Assembly (NCBI GenBank): GCA_963663475.2
Contig: CAXXJV010000001.1
Span: 512,001 to 576,000 of the forward strand
DNA length: 64,000 nucleotides
Source: Candidatus Cloacimonadales bacterium
GTDB lineage: Bacteria; Cloacimonadota; Cloacimonadia; Cloacimonadales; JAFGVF01
Direction: 5' to 3'
This document shows positions 20,615 through 29,757 of the stretch, piece after piece. Made by a program: the position numbers and the translations under genes. The first letter of the stretch is position 1. Each line of letters starts with the position of its first letter. The notes under the pieces were generated by a model. The model was given only the letters and a program-made list of their open reading frames with translations, ran no database searches and was not told the origin of the DNA.

Positions 20615-20632
20615 AATTACTCCCAAAGTTTG

Positions 20633-22027
20633 TTACTCTTGTTCTTCAAATTTGATTAAAGTTTCAGACATTACATCATCAACTTGGGCATGTTTATTAT
20701 AGTCACCTGCATTAACAACAGTTGGTGTCATCTCGATGATAAGATCTGTTTTTTCTAACATTTCTGTTTGATGTCTAAAGAATCTACCTACAAATGGGAT
20801 ATCACCTAAGAAAGGAACTTTATTTTCACGTTTTGTTAATTGTGAAGAAAGAAGACCACTAACTATAAAGGTATCTCCACTTGGAACTGTAATAGTTGAG
20901 TTTACAGTTCTAATTTTTGTTCTTGGTACATAACCATTAACAAGTTCAATAACTGAAGAAATTTCAGGTTGAATTTGAGTTGTAATTTCATTTTCTGAAT
21001 TTACTTTAGGTGTGATATTAAGTTTAATACCAGTATCTTCTCTTTCAACTTGAATTTCTTTATCATTATCTGTAACAACATATGGTAATGATTCACCAAT
21101 ATGAACATATGCAGATTCACCATTTTGTGATGTTAATCTTGTGTCAGTAAGAATCTTAGCTGAGTTGTTTTCTAATAACCAGTCAATTGTTATATCGAAA
21201 GCATAAAGCTGTCTTGAAAACTTACCGAAATCATCCCAATCACTCATTTTTTGGAAGTATTGATTACTAGGTTTTACACCTAATTCAGTAGCATCACCAA
21301 AAGGAAGTGCACCAGTTTCATCAGTAAAGTTGTAAGGAAGACCAACACCTGCATAATTAACAGGATCTTCAGCTATAATAGTTGTAAGTTGGTTTAATTG
21401 TGACCAATCGATACCCATTTTCTTTGAATCTGAAAGGTTAACTTCAATAACTCTAACTCTGATTTGAACTTGTTTTTGTGGCATATCTAACTTTTTAATT
21501 TGGTTTTCAATGTCAGCATATGTTTCTGGATTAGCACGGATTAAAAGTGCATTTTGACCTGAAACTTCAACAACTTCACCAGGAACATCACTAAAAGCTT
21601 TAACTATTTTTTCAGAATCTATATATTTTAATTGGTAAATATAGTTTCTGGTACCTGATTCTTGTTCAACAATACTTGTTGGTCCAATTAAGAAAGTGTT
21701 TGTACCGATTACTTTATAAGCAAATCCATAAGATTTAGCTACTAAAGAAACAGCATTTTCAACTGAAATATCATTTAATCTGACAGTGACTCTTTTCTCA
21801 CCTTCGTCAGCTTTTTTAGTACCTTCTGTAGCAACAACAATATTGATGCCAGTAAGCTTAGAAATTGATTCAATTACAGTTGTAATTGTAGCATCTTTAA
21901 AATTAAGATTATCTATCTTTTTTACTAATAAATCTTCATTACTTTGAGCGAACAAGAAAGAAACACCCATAAGTAATGTTAACATAATTAGAGTAAATTT
22001 TCTTATTCTAACATTGTATATTTTCAT
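20633..22027 (-). CDS. pilQ: Secretin (PilQ/GspD family), short form
   Basis: Signal peptide, LDMPQKQVQIRVRVIEV, TGIKLNITP, KVPFLGDIPFVGRFF. Confidence 0.88.
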   Translation of the reverse strand: MKIYNVRIRKFTLIMLTLLMGVSFLFAQSNEDLLVKKIDNLNFKDATITTVIESISKLTGINIVVATEGTKKADEGEKRVTVRLNDISVENAVSLVAKSYGFAYKVIGTNTFLIGPTSIVEQESGTRNYIYQLKYIDSEKIVKAFSDVPGEVVEVSGQNALLIRANPETYADIENQIKKLDMPQKQVQIRVRVIEVNLSDSKKMGIDWSQLNQLTTIIAEDPVNYAGVGLPYNFTDETGALPFGDATELGVKPSNQYFQKMSDWDDFGKFSRQLYAFDITIDWLLENNSAKILTDTRLTSQNGESAYVHIGESLPYVVTDNDKEIQVEREDTGIKLNITPKVNSENEITTQIQPEISSVIELVNGYVPRTKIRTVNSTITVPSGDTFIVSGLLSSQLTKRENKVPFLGDIPFVGRFFRHQTEMLEKTDLIIEMTPTVVNAGDYNKHAQVDDVMSETLIKFEEQE

Positions 22028-22044
22028 AGTTTCTCCTACCTATT

Positions 22045-22599
22045 TTAATAATTTTGATTAGAAATGTCGTCAGTTTGTTGGGGGGTCTTTTCTGAAGGGA
22101 TATCATAAACATCCATTCTTTCTTCTACTTCTAGCTTAGTTCCATCACTCAAAACTACTGTTTGAGTCACAGGGTCTGCAGATCTAACACTTAGTCTTGA
22201 ACCTTGTATTTTCTCTCCAATCTTATATTGAGCTTCGATATCTTTGTGATCAATACCTACTAAGATTTCGTCATCAAACTTTAATACACCATATAATCTG
22301 ATTTGATTATATCTTTTTTGTAATCTAAGTTTGATTTCATCAACCTTTTGTGGAAGAATGATATCTTGTTTTAAAGGATCTTTACTAATAGAAAAAACGA
22401 ACTCTTTTCTTTGTTTGATACCTTGTTCAATCTCAATAGCTTTACGAAGCAAGTTAGAATCAACTTCTTGCTCAGCATAAGCAGATTTTGGATCTACACC
22501 TTGCTCAGTATTATAGTGCTTAACTGCAAATACAGCAAGGAAAATAACTGATGCAACTAACAGAATATAAGCTAAGTCTTTTACATATCTATATTCCAT
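22045..22599 (-). CDS. Membrane-anchored protein in the PilP/GspC position
   Basis: Single N-terminal TM, KDPL and IRLYGVL...YKIGEKI beta-domain pattern; lies between pilO and secretin. Confidence 0.5.
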   Translation of the reverse strand: MEYRYVKDLAYILLVASVIFLAVFAVKHYNTEQGVDPKSAYAEQEVDSNLLRKAIEIEQGIKQRKEFVFSISKDPLKQDIILPQKVDEIKLRLQKRYNQIRLYGVLKFDDEILVGIDHKDIEAQYKIGEKIQGSRLSVRSADPVTQTVVLSDGTKLEVEERMDVYDIPSEKTPQQTDDISNQNY

Positions 22600-22601
22600 A
22601 A

Positions 22602-23159
22602 TTACCTCATCTTATGTTTAATAAATGAAATGCTTAAATTGACAATGTAGTTCTTATCTAAATTTTGAACATTTTCAATGTCTTGTTTCTTCTCTACTAT
22701 CTTCACAGGGTCGATTGTAAAATCATTGATAACAGTTAAATAATCCATCTTTTCAATGTCATTAAGGAATCTTCCTAATTTAACATAAGTAGATGTGAAC
22801 TCAAAAGAGAATTCATGTTCTAACTGTTCAGCTGATGTGAAGAGACTTTTATGGTTAATACCAGAGATATTAATACCATATTTTTGAGCAATTTCATCCA
22901 TTGTAAAAATAATGTCATGTATCTCATCTGATGAGAATTCATTATCTTTGGTTAAAGTATGAGATAAGATAGAAGTAAACTCCCCTAGTTTCTCATTTTG
23001 TACAATAAGACTATTCAAATCTTGACGAGCTGCTTTGATTTTATTATCTAGTTTGGTGATTTCATCCACCCTACCAGATATTATTTGATCAGCAAAATAG
23101 TAATATGCAGCGGAGAAAAGAACTATTAATACAACTAAGATTATGTAGTTACGCTTCAT
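22602..23159 (-). CDS. pilO: Type IV pilus alignment protein PilO
   Basis: TM, coiled coil, STYVKLGRFLNDIEKM; synteny. Confidence 0.78.
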   Translation of the reverse strand: MKRNYIILVVLIVLFSAAYYYFADQIISGRVDEITKLDNKIKAARQDLNSLIVQNEKLGEFTSILSHTLTKDNEFSSDEIHDIIFTMDEIAQKYGINISGINHKSLFTSAEQLEHEFSFEFTSTYVKLGRFLNDIEKMDYLTVINDFTIDPVKIVEKKQDIENVQNLDKNYIVNLSISFIKHKMR

Positions 23160-23779
23160 TTTCTTCTCCTTCTTTCATAATATTTACTAGTACACTGAAT
23201 CTTAAAATCATAAACAACATCCATTTCATTATCAGTTTCGATATTGAGCATCTTTTTCACCAAGTCTCTGTTAACAAACTCAACAGAACGGAAATCATTA
23301 AATTCTTCTCTTTCTATCAAAGAAGTTCTATACTTATTGATAATGTCTTGAGGAACTTCATGATTCTTGGCTTTGATAAGACCAATAAGGTCCCAGTTAC
23401 CATTCTTATACTCAAATTTAGAAATTGCTAAAGAATCTGAAGTAATTTCTGCTAAAGCTTGAAGCTTCTTAGTCCAGAATATTCTTCTATTATAAGCTTG
23501 AGCAAATCTTTCCATATCTTTTTCAAGATTCTTGGAACTTGTTGAGCTAACAATGTTGTCATAAGAACTTATCTGCTTATTAATCTCAGCTAACTGATTT
23601 TTACGAGTTTGAATCTTCTTTTCTAAATTTAGATTATTATAATAGGTAAAACCTACAACCGCTACGATAATTATAAAAAATGCAATTAAAGTGTTGACAT
23701 AGGTTCTCTTCTCTTTGAGAGCTTTTAATCGCTCTTCACCAAATTTATTTAAGTTAATTCCAAAATAGAATTGTTCCAT
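23156..23779 (-). CDS. pilN: Type IV pilus alignment protein PilN
   Basis: INLN motif, TM, coiled coil; follows pilM. Confidence 0.72.
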   Translation of the reverse strand: MEQFYFGINLNKFGEERLKALKEKRTYVNTLIAFFIIIVAVVGFTYYNNLNLEKKIQTRKNQLAEINKQISSYDNIVSSTSSKNLEKDMERFAQAYNRRIFWTKKLQALAEITSDSLAISKFEYKNGNWDLIGLIKAKNHEVPQDIINKYRTSLIEREEFNDFRSVEFVNRDLVKKMLNIETDNEMDVVYDFKIQCTSKYYERRRRK

Positions 23780-23787
23780 TCATCCCC

Positions 23788-24855
23788 CTATTCTGGTCTC
23801 ATAGCAAGACCTAATGCAAGGCAAAGCTGTGGATCTTGACTATTTTTGAATTTCTCAGGCATTTCGATTGAACCAAATGGATTATAGACTTCTGTTGGAA
23901 CACTTATCTTAGATTCGATATATTCCGCAAGTCCTTTAACCTTGGCTGAACCACCCATCAAATATACTTTTCTGAAATCACTATTTCCTGCTTCTTTCAC
24001 ATAGAATCTAATTGATCTTCTGATTTCATCAGTAATTAAATCCTCTGTATTCTTTTCAGAAATATCTAACATTGAAAGTGTAGTTTCTCCAGATGGGCTT
24101 GCATCTGTAATACCATGTTCAACTTTAAATGTCTCTGCTTCAGGAAATTCTAGATTATGTTTTCTCATAATATCTTGAGTAATATTGTAGCCACCATATG
24201 CAATATCTCTTGTGAAGAATTTTGCTTTAGGACCATAAATTACAATATTAGTTCTATGAGCTCCTACATTAACTAGAACATATACGCCTTCTTCAATAAA
24301 TGAACTTAAAAGAAATGCGTTAGTTATAGCAAATGCATCTATATCTATAACACCAGGTGTTAAACCAACTGAACTTAATATCTCTGCATGAGAATTAATT
24401 ACATTTTTAGTAGAAGCTGCCAATATGATATTCATATTGTTTGTTTTCTCTTCAATATTTAAAACTTGGTAATCTAATACCATCTCATTCCCACTAATAG
24501 GAATATGTTTTTTTGCTTCAAATGAAAGTGCTGAGTCAAGCTCTTCATCAGGTAAATAGATAGTTTTTACCTGTTTGATACTTGTATCATCACCACCAAT
24601 TGAACTTACGACATGTTTGATCTTCTTCGGATTGATTTTCATACCTTTTAGTATAGAACCAAGTACCGGAGTAAATCGATCATTTCGTAAATCATTTGGT
24701 AAGTATTCGATCCCTTCAGGTACAGTTGAACGAACATCATAATTCAATAACTTGTACCCATGGCTAAGTCTTTTTAAGTGGACGACTTTAACACTGTGGG
24801 ATCCAATGTCTATACCAAGTGATTCTTTAAATCTTACCTTAGTTTTTTTACTCAT
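23788..24855 (-). CDS. pilM: Type IV pilus assembly protein PilM
   Basis: LGIDIGSHSVK, VNVGA, GGSAKVKGL, ALGLAMR. Confidence 0.92.
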   Translation of the reverse strand: MSKKTKVRFKESLGIDIGSHSVKVVHLKRLSHGYKLLNYDVRSTVPEGIEYLPNDLRNDRFTPVLGSILKGMKINPKKIKHVVSSIGGDDTSIKQVKTIYLPDEELDSALSFEAKKHIPISGNEMVLDYQVLNIEEKTNNMNIILAASTKNVINSHAEILSSVGLTPGVIDIDAFAITNAFLLSSFIEEGVYVLVNVGAHRTNIVIYGPKAKFFTRDIAYGGYNITQDIMRKHNLEFPEAETFKVEHGITDASPSGETTLSMLDISEKNTEDLITDEIRRSIRFYVKEAGNSDFRKVYLMGGSAKVKGLAEYIESKISVPTEVYNPFGSIEMPEKFKNSQDPQLCLALGLAMRPE

Positions 24856-24879
24856 ATCGCCTCTTTATTTTTGTTATTA

Positions 24880-26865
24880 TTAAAATATTAAATCTACAGG
24901 AGCATCATCAGCTCTATACAGATACCAACTAGCAGCATCAAACTCTGTCTTTCCACCTTCTAAATGTACAGGTACAAATTTTGGAGGTGGATGATTCATA
25001 AATCTGTGGTCATAATTATAATTCTTCTTGTAACCAACTCCAGAACCTGAAGCACCAGGAGCATTAGGAAGACCTAGGAGTCTTGGATGGGCTCCGTAAC
25101 GATAGTTTTCGATATCCCATTCATTATCTCCACCAGTATTTAATGCATCAGCACCTGATCTATGAACAAATCCTCTACGTCTCTGAGCAACTGACCCATA
25201 TAGGTTAATAGTTCCTCTTTCCATATAAGATTGATTGGCTGGTTCTGGCCATAATGGTCCATAGTATGGGTAAGCAACAGCACCATTCCACGGCATGTCT
25301 CTTTCATCCCAGAAGAAGAAATGTAAAGGGCCCCAGCCGTTATCATAAGGTGCGTAAGCATATACATTATTATAAGGTGCTGGCAAAGTTTCTTTCAATA
25401 CCCATTCATCTTCTACCCGAACAGCAGTTCCTGGATGTGGATGATGATATTGGAAAGTGAAGACACCGTCTTCCATAGAGGTTTCACCTTGTCCTAAGGC
25501 TGCCATAGCAGCATAGATATAGATACCACCTTCTCCTTCATCACCAGGAAGGTCTTCAGCTCTACCGCAATTGTTCTTAACAATTACAGAATCTTCGAAA
25601 TTCCTGTAGCCGTATTGGATAAGAATGCTTCTTTCAGCAATTAAGCCAACATAATCATTATGATTCACAGGACCAGTATGCAAACCTGTAGTTGTATTAT
25701 AACCATCAGGAGGTGAACCTTTTTCAGTTCCTGCAAGCAAGATATCACCTGTAAGATACATTGTATCTTGACAAGCCCATGTTTGCTTACCTGCAAAAGT
25801 ACCTTCAAGCCATAGTTTACCTGTTATATAAATTGAATTATTACTAACTCTACCATTTCCCATTTGTGTCCATACAGTATCAATATTAGTTAAGTATTGA
25901 ACACCAAGTGAGTCTTCTCTTTCAGGGGTATCAGGATCATCTTCGATTCCTAAATCATAGACAACAACACTATCTACACCTGCGACAAAAACATCACCAT
26001 AAAAGCGTTCATGGTTAGCACCATTAACTACTGCTCTAATTATGTCACCTGGATCAACTTCTACAATTTCACCAGTATGGGCATCATTTGCTTCTTCGGG
26101 GAATTCAACCTTAGGTACATGTTCTTCATATCCTTCATTGAAGACATCTTCTTCAGGAATAGAACCACCACCAAATGGTTTAATTTCACCAGCAGTATAT
26201 ACTTTATTGTGGAAATATGGCCAACCGTTATTGTTACCACCGCCACCATTCTGGATATAGATATCAGTATTAGATCTAACAATACCATATATTTCATCTG
26301 GTCCCCAGAATTTAACTTCATCAAAACCACCAGTTAAATCTGAGTTGATTGATGATTCGTTATCGGTAAAATAATGGAAACCTGCAAATGATTGGCTTTT
26401 AATTATTTTTTTACTATACATAGATACAGGTGAATCTTTTTCTCTACCGAATCCTGTATAAGCTTTACCAAAGGAATTAACACTTAAAGAGGTACTACTT
26501 ATAAAAGGACTACTTTCAGAAGCGGATTCATCGTATACTTTAGATCTCATTTCGAATGTAAATTTGCCAATACCGGCATCAATTTCGTTTACTTCTTTTG
26601 ATAGGTCAATATTGGAAAAACCTTGACCTTCACCAACCGGAGTAGAACTATTATTATATTGATCTTTAGCAACAATGACTCCTCTCATAGCTTCACTACG
26701 CATTAAGTGAAGATATTGGGCAACTTTGTAGCCTTCAGCTAAATCCTTAGTATCGGTAACACCTATATGTGATATAGCTATCACGGAAAAAAGCACAACT
26801 ACAACTACCGCAAATGCTATTGAGAAGAAGCCGTTTTCAGAAATAACTTGTTTTAAGTTCTTCAT
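24880..26865 (-). CDS. Large PilX/GspK-like minor pilin with extended C-terminal domain
   Basis: ENG|FFSIAFAVVVVVL prepilin-like N-terminus lacking E5; 661 aa; GYKKNYNYDHRF...PP C-terminal motif. Confidence 0.65.
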   Translation of the reverse strand: MKNLKQVISENGFFSIAFAVVVVVLFSVIAISHIGVTDTKDLAEGYKVAQYLHLMRSEAMRGVIVAKDQYNNSSTPVGEGQGFSNIDLSKEVNEIDAGIGKFTFEMRSKVYDESASESSPFISSTSLSVNSFGKAYTGFGREKDSPVSMYSKKIIKSQSFAGFHYFTDNESSINSDLTGGFDEVKFWGPDEIYGIVRSNTDIYIQNGGGGNNNGWPYFHNKVYTAGEIKPFGGGSIPEEDVFNEGYEEHVPKVEFPEEANDAHTGEIVEVDPGDIIRAVVNGANHERFYGDVFVAGVDSVVVYDLGIEDDPDTPEREDSLGVQYLTNIDTVWTQMGNGRVSNNSIYITGKLWLEGTFAGKQTWACQDTMYLTGDILLAGTEKGSPPDGYNTTTGLHTGPVNHNDYVGLIAERSILIQYGYRNFEDSVIVKNNCGRAEDLPGDEGEGGIYIYAAMAALGQGETSMEDGVFTFQYHHPHPGTAVRVEDEWVLKETLPAPYNNVYAYAPYDNGWGPLHFFFWDERDMPWNGAVAYPYYGPLWPEPANQSYMERGTINLYGSVAQRRRGFVHRSGADALNTGGDNEWDIENYRYGAHPRLLGLPNAPGASGSGVGYKKNYNYDHRFMNHPPPKFVPVHLEGGKTEFDAASWYLYRADDAPVDLIF

Positions 26866-27563
26866 TGTGCCCCCTGTTCAATTGCAATTATAGTTTCATA
26901 TTCAACAAAATATGGGTCTGGATATGGTTGAAACATATCTGGATGTCCTTCCGATAGGTTAATGCCTGCTTTTAGAATAACTCTTACAACTTTGAGGTCA
27001 TCTTCATTGGTGTTGAGTTCCCCAACTGTTGTAAAAATCAAGCCTTCCACAAACATATCATCATCATTGCCACTAATTTCGCTTGGAAACAATGGTAGGT
27101 TGTTTGATTCATTAGCATCAATTCCATAGATTGTACCATCATACATAACTTTGTCACCATCTCTAGCGATGATTACTTCGTCCCAGGCAGACCTAGTAGT
27201 ATGATTCATAGGTGGTTTAAATTTAATTCCGGTATATCCGCTAACGTATCCACCAGTGATAGTTTGATAAGTCGCACTATTACCATACATTGACATTGTA
27301 CTAGCATTGAACAAGCCAATGAATTGTCTTTGTTGATTATTATCTTGCTTAATCACAGCACCATGCTTAATCTGCATAATACAGTCATAGGCTTGGTCAT
27401 GTAGTCTCGCAATTTTTGATAGTTGCTGAAATCTTAAGCTCCACATTGATAAGACAATGTACATAGCTAAGAAGATAATCATGCTAATAGTAAGCACAGC
27501 TACTAATTCAACAATAGTGAATCCACTATCCAGTTTTCTTTTTGGTTTAATCATATGGATCAT
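26862..27563 (-). CDS. Minor pilin (PilW/GspJ-like)
   Basis: SG|FTIVELV N-methylation site. Confidence 0.85.
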   Translation of the reverse strand: MIHMIKPKRKLDSGFTIVELVAVLTISMIIFLAMYIVLSMWSLRFQQLSKIARLHDQAYDCIMQIKHGAVIKQDNNQQRQFIGLFNASTMSMYGNSATYQTITGGYVSGYTGIKFKPPMNHTTRSAWDEVIIARDGDKVMYDGTIYGIDANESNNLPLFPSEISGNDDDMFVEGLIFTTVGELNTNEDDLKVVRVILKAGINLSEGHPDMFQPYPDPYFVEYETIIAIEQGAQ

Positions 27564-28005
27564 AGTAATCTTCTATTAATTTAATTGATTGTTTTTTATT
27601 CTTTCTGCTAGGCTCATTCCATTCACCTTCTACGACAATAGTAGTTTTTTTGTAAGTTCGATCAATAATACCGTATTCATAATTAGTAATATAGTAAGTA
27701 TCAAACTCAATATCAATATTACGTCCAGAAGGAGTTTTGTCTAAGAGATATGACCTTCCATAAACAGGAACTGAATTTGGGTCAGCCATAAAACCACTCT
27801 TTTGCTTGCGAAAGAAATTATTGTAGTCTAATTTACCAGAAGCTATCAAGACAGCTCTTCGGGCTCGATAGTTTCTAAACAACTGGTTCTCGGTAAATTG
27901 AATACCAACAAACAGAGCTGCAATGGCAAAGAAGACTATAGCCGCACTTGCCAAAAGCTCTATTAATGTAAAACCTGAGTCTTTACAATTTTTTAATTTC
28001 ATCAT
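27547..28005 (-). CDS. Minor pilin (PilV/GspI-like)
   Basis: SG|FTLIELL N-methylation site. Confidence 0.85.
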   Translation of the reverse strand: MMKLKNCKDSGFTLIELLASAAIVFFAIAALFVGIQFTENQLFRNYRARRAVLIASGKLDYNNFFRKQKSGFMADPNSVPVYGRSYLLDKTPSGRNIDIEFDTYYITNYEYGIIDRTYKKTTIVVEGEWNEPSRKNKKQSIKLIEDYYDPYD

Positions 28006-29063
28006 CCGTTAAATCCTGCACCAGTTGCGAAGATCTTAGGATTATCAGCAACCTTTTCTGCAGTCTTTCTATCTAAATTACCGTTCATTACGTGATTATA
28101 TAGAGATTGATCTTTTGTTTGCATACCTTCTTTTGTACCTGCTTGGATAACAGAAGGTATTTGGTAAGTCTTCTCTTCACGAATCAAGTTTCTTACAGCC
28201 GCATTTGCAATCATAATTTCTAAAGCAGGAACTCGGCCTTTGCCATCTTTGGTAGGTAGCAAGGTTTGAGCAATAACTGCTTCTAAAGATTCAGATAGCA
28301 TTGATCTAACCTGAGCTTGCTGTTCTTTAGGGAACATATCAATGATACGGTCAATAGATTTAGTTGCACTACTAGTATGAAGAGTAGCAAAGACTAAGTG
28401 ACCAGTTTCAGATGCTGTTAAAGCAAGAGAAACGGTTTCTAAGTCACGCATCTCACCAACAAGAATCACATCAGGGTCTTCACGTAGTGCAGATCTAAGA
28501 GCTGCAGTAAAAGAGTGTGTGTCATGTCCTAGCTCACGCTGATTGACTAAGCTGTTCTTTGATTTATGAACAAACTCAATCGGATCTTCAATTGTGATAA
28601 TGTGTTTTTGAGAATGGTCGTTAATAGAGTCAATCATAGTAGCCAAAGTTGTTGACTTACCAGAACCAGTAGGACCAGTAACTAAGATCAGACCTTTCTC
28701 TTTATATGTTAATGACTTAAGTGTCTCTGGCAAGTAGAGTTCTTCGTATGTTTTAATTTCATTAGGAATAACACGAAAAGCTGCAGCTAAACCATTAATT
28801 TGGGTAAAAGCATTAACACGAAAACGAACTTCATTTGAAAGTTTTGTTGAGAAGTCAATTTCTAATTTCTCATGAAACATTTCTATTTGAGATTCATTCA
28901 TAACAGAAAATATTAGGTTTTGAATCTCTTCTTCAGACATTTGTGGGATGTTCAGTTTTTTCATTTTACCATGAACACGAACCATAGGGTAAGATCCAGC
29001 ACTAATGTGCAAATCAGAAGCCCCTGCGTCTGAAGTGAATTTTAATAATTCTTGTATTGTCAT
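28002..29063 (-). CDS. pilT: Type IV pilus retraction ATPase PilT
   Basis: ASDLH, GPTGSGKSTT, REDPD, AVRNLIRE signature. Confidence 0.95.
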   Translation of the reverse strand: MTIQELLKFTSDAGASDLHISAGSYPMVRVHGKMKKLNIPQMSEEEIQNLIFSVMNESQIEMFHEKLEIDFSTKLSNEVRFRVNAFTQINGLAAAFRVIPNEIKTYEELYLPETLKSLTYKEKGLILVTGPTGSGKSTTLATMIDSINDHSQKHIITIEDPIEFVHKSKNSLVNQRELGHDTHSFTAALRSALREDPDVILVGEMRDLETVSLALTASETGHLVFATLHTSSATKSIDRIIDMFPKEQQAQVRSMLSESLEAVIAQTLLPTKDGKGRVPALEIMIANAAVRNLIREEKTYQIPSVIQAGTKEGMQTKDQSLYNHVMNGNLDRKTAEKVADNPKIFATGAGFNG

Positions 29064-29117
29064 CCAGCCTCCCGAAATTTAAACTTATTTTAAAAACTAA
29101 TTAGTTTTGATTCTAAT

Positions 29118-29549
29118 TTAGTTTTCACCACCAGTTTCAACATCGGTAAAGGTATCGATACCCCAGCCAGTATAAGAGTTATCTTCAACGATAAATCTAA
29201 CTTGTTTTCCTTCTCCTGATTCGAATTCTGAAGTAGAAGTACAAATATACTCTTGAGGTGGGTTACCTACAACATCAAATTCCCATTGGTCTCTAACTGC
29301 TTGAGAAATACCAGCATCATCTAATGCATCTTCAATTTCGTAGCCATCAGTTGTACCATTCATTGTGTAATAAGTTTCGTAAGCCTGTTTTACTGAACGC
29401 AAGTAAGCCTTAGGACCAGCTGCTTTACCTCTTTCTGTGTAACGAAGATAAATTGGAACCGCAATAGATGCTAAAATAGTCATAATAATAATAACAGCTA
29501 AAAGTTCCACTAAACTGAATCCCTTGTCTTTTTTCATAAATCTGAACAT
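29118..29549 (-). CDS. pilA: Major type IVa pilin
   Basis: KG|FSLVELLAVIIIMTILASIAVP; first gene of locus; RBS GGAGG. Confidence 0.88.
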   Translation of the reverse strand: MFRFMKKDKGFSLVELLAVIIIMTILASIAVPIYLRYTERGKAAGPKAYLRSVKQAYETYYTMNGTTDGYEIEDALDDAGISQAVRDQWEFDVVGNPPQEYICTSTSEFESGEGKQVRFIVEDNSYTGWGIDTFTDVETGGEN

Positions 29550-29605
29550 AATGTTCCTCCCAATTAAGTATTTTTTACTTTTTTTTAATTTTCACAGATA
29601 TACAT

Positions 29606-29622
29606 TGCACATAGCATACCAA
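29606..29622 (-). promoter_or_regulatory. Putative sigma54 (-24/-12) promoter of pilA
   Basis: Minus strand TTGGTATGCTATGTGCA has exact GG-N10-GC spacing, about 57 nt upstream of the ATG. Confidence 0.6.
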
Positions 29623-29757
29623 AAATTAACAAATTTTCACTTTTCTTAAAATTCAAATAAAAAGTCTTGACTCTTTTGGCTTGTCTTGCTTTTTCTGTAA
29701 CCAAATGATTTAACAAACGTTTTAAAATAAACAATGATAGATTAAGGAGTCTAAATA

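Noticed and set aside
15287-29549. Type II secretion system
   Set aside because: PilT with the AVRNLIRE motif and PilM/N/O favour a retractile type IV pilus; a secretion role is not excluded
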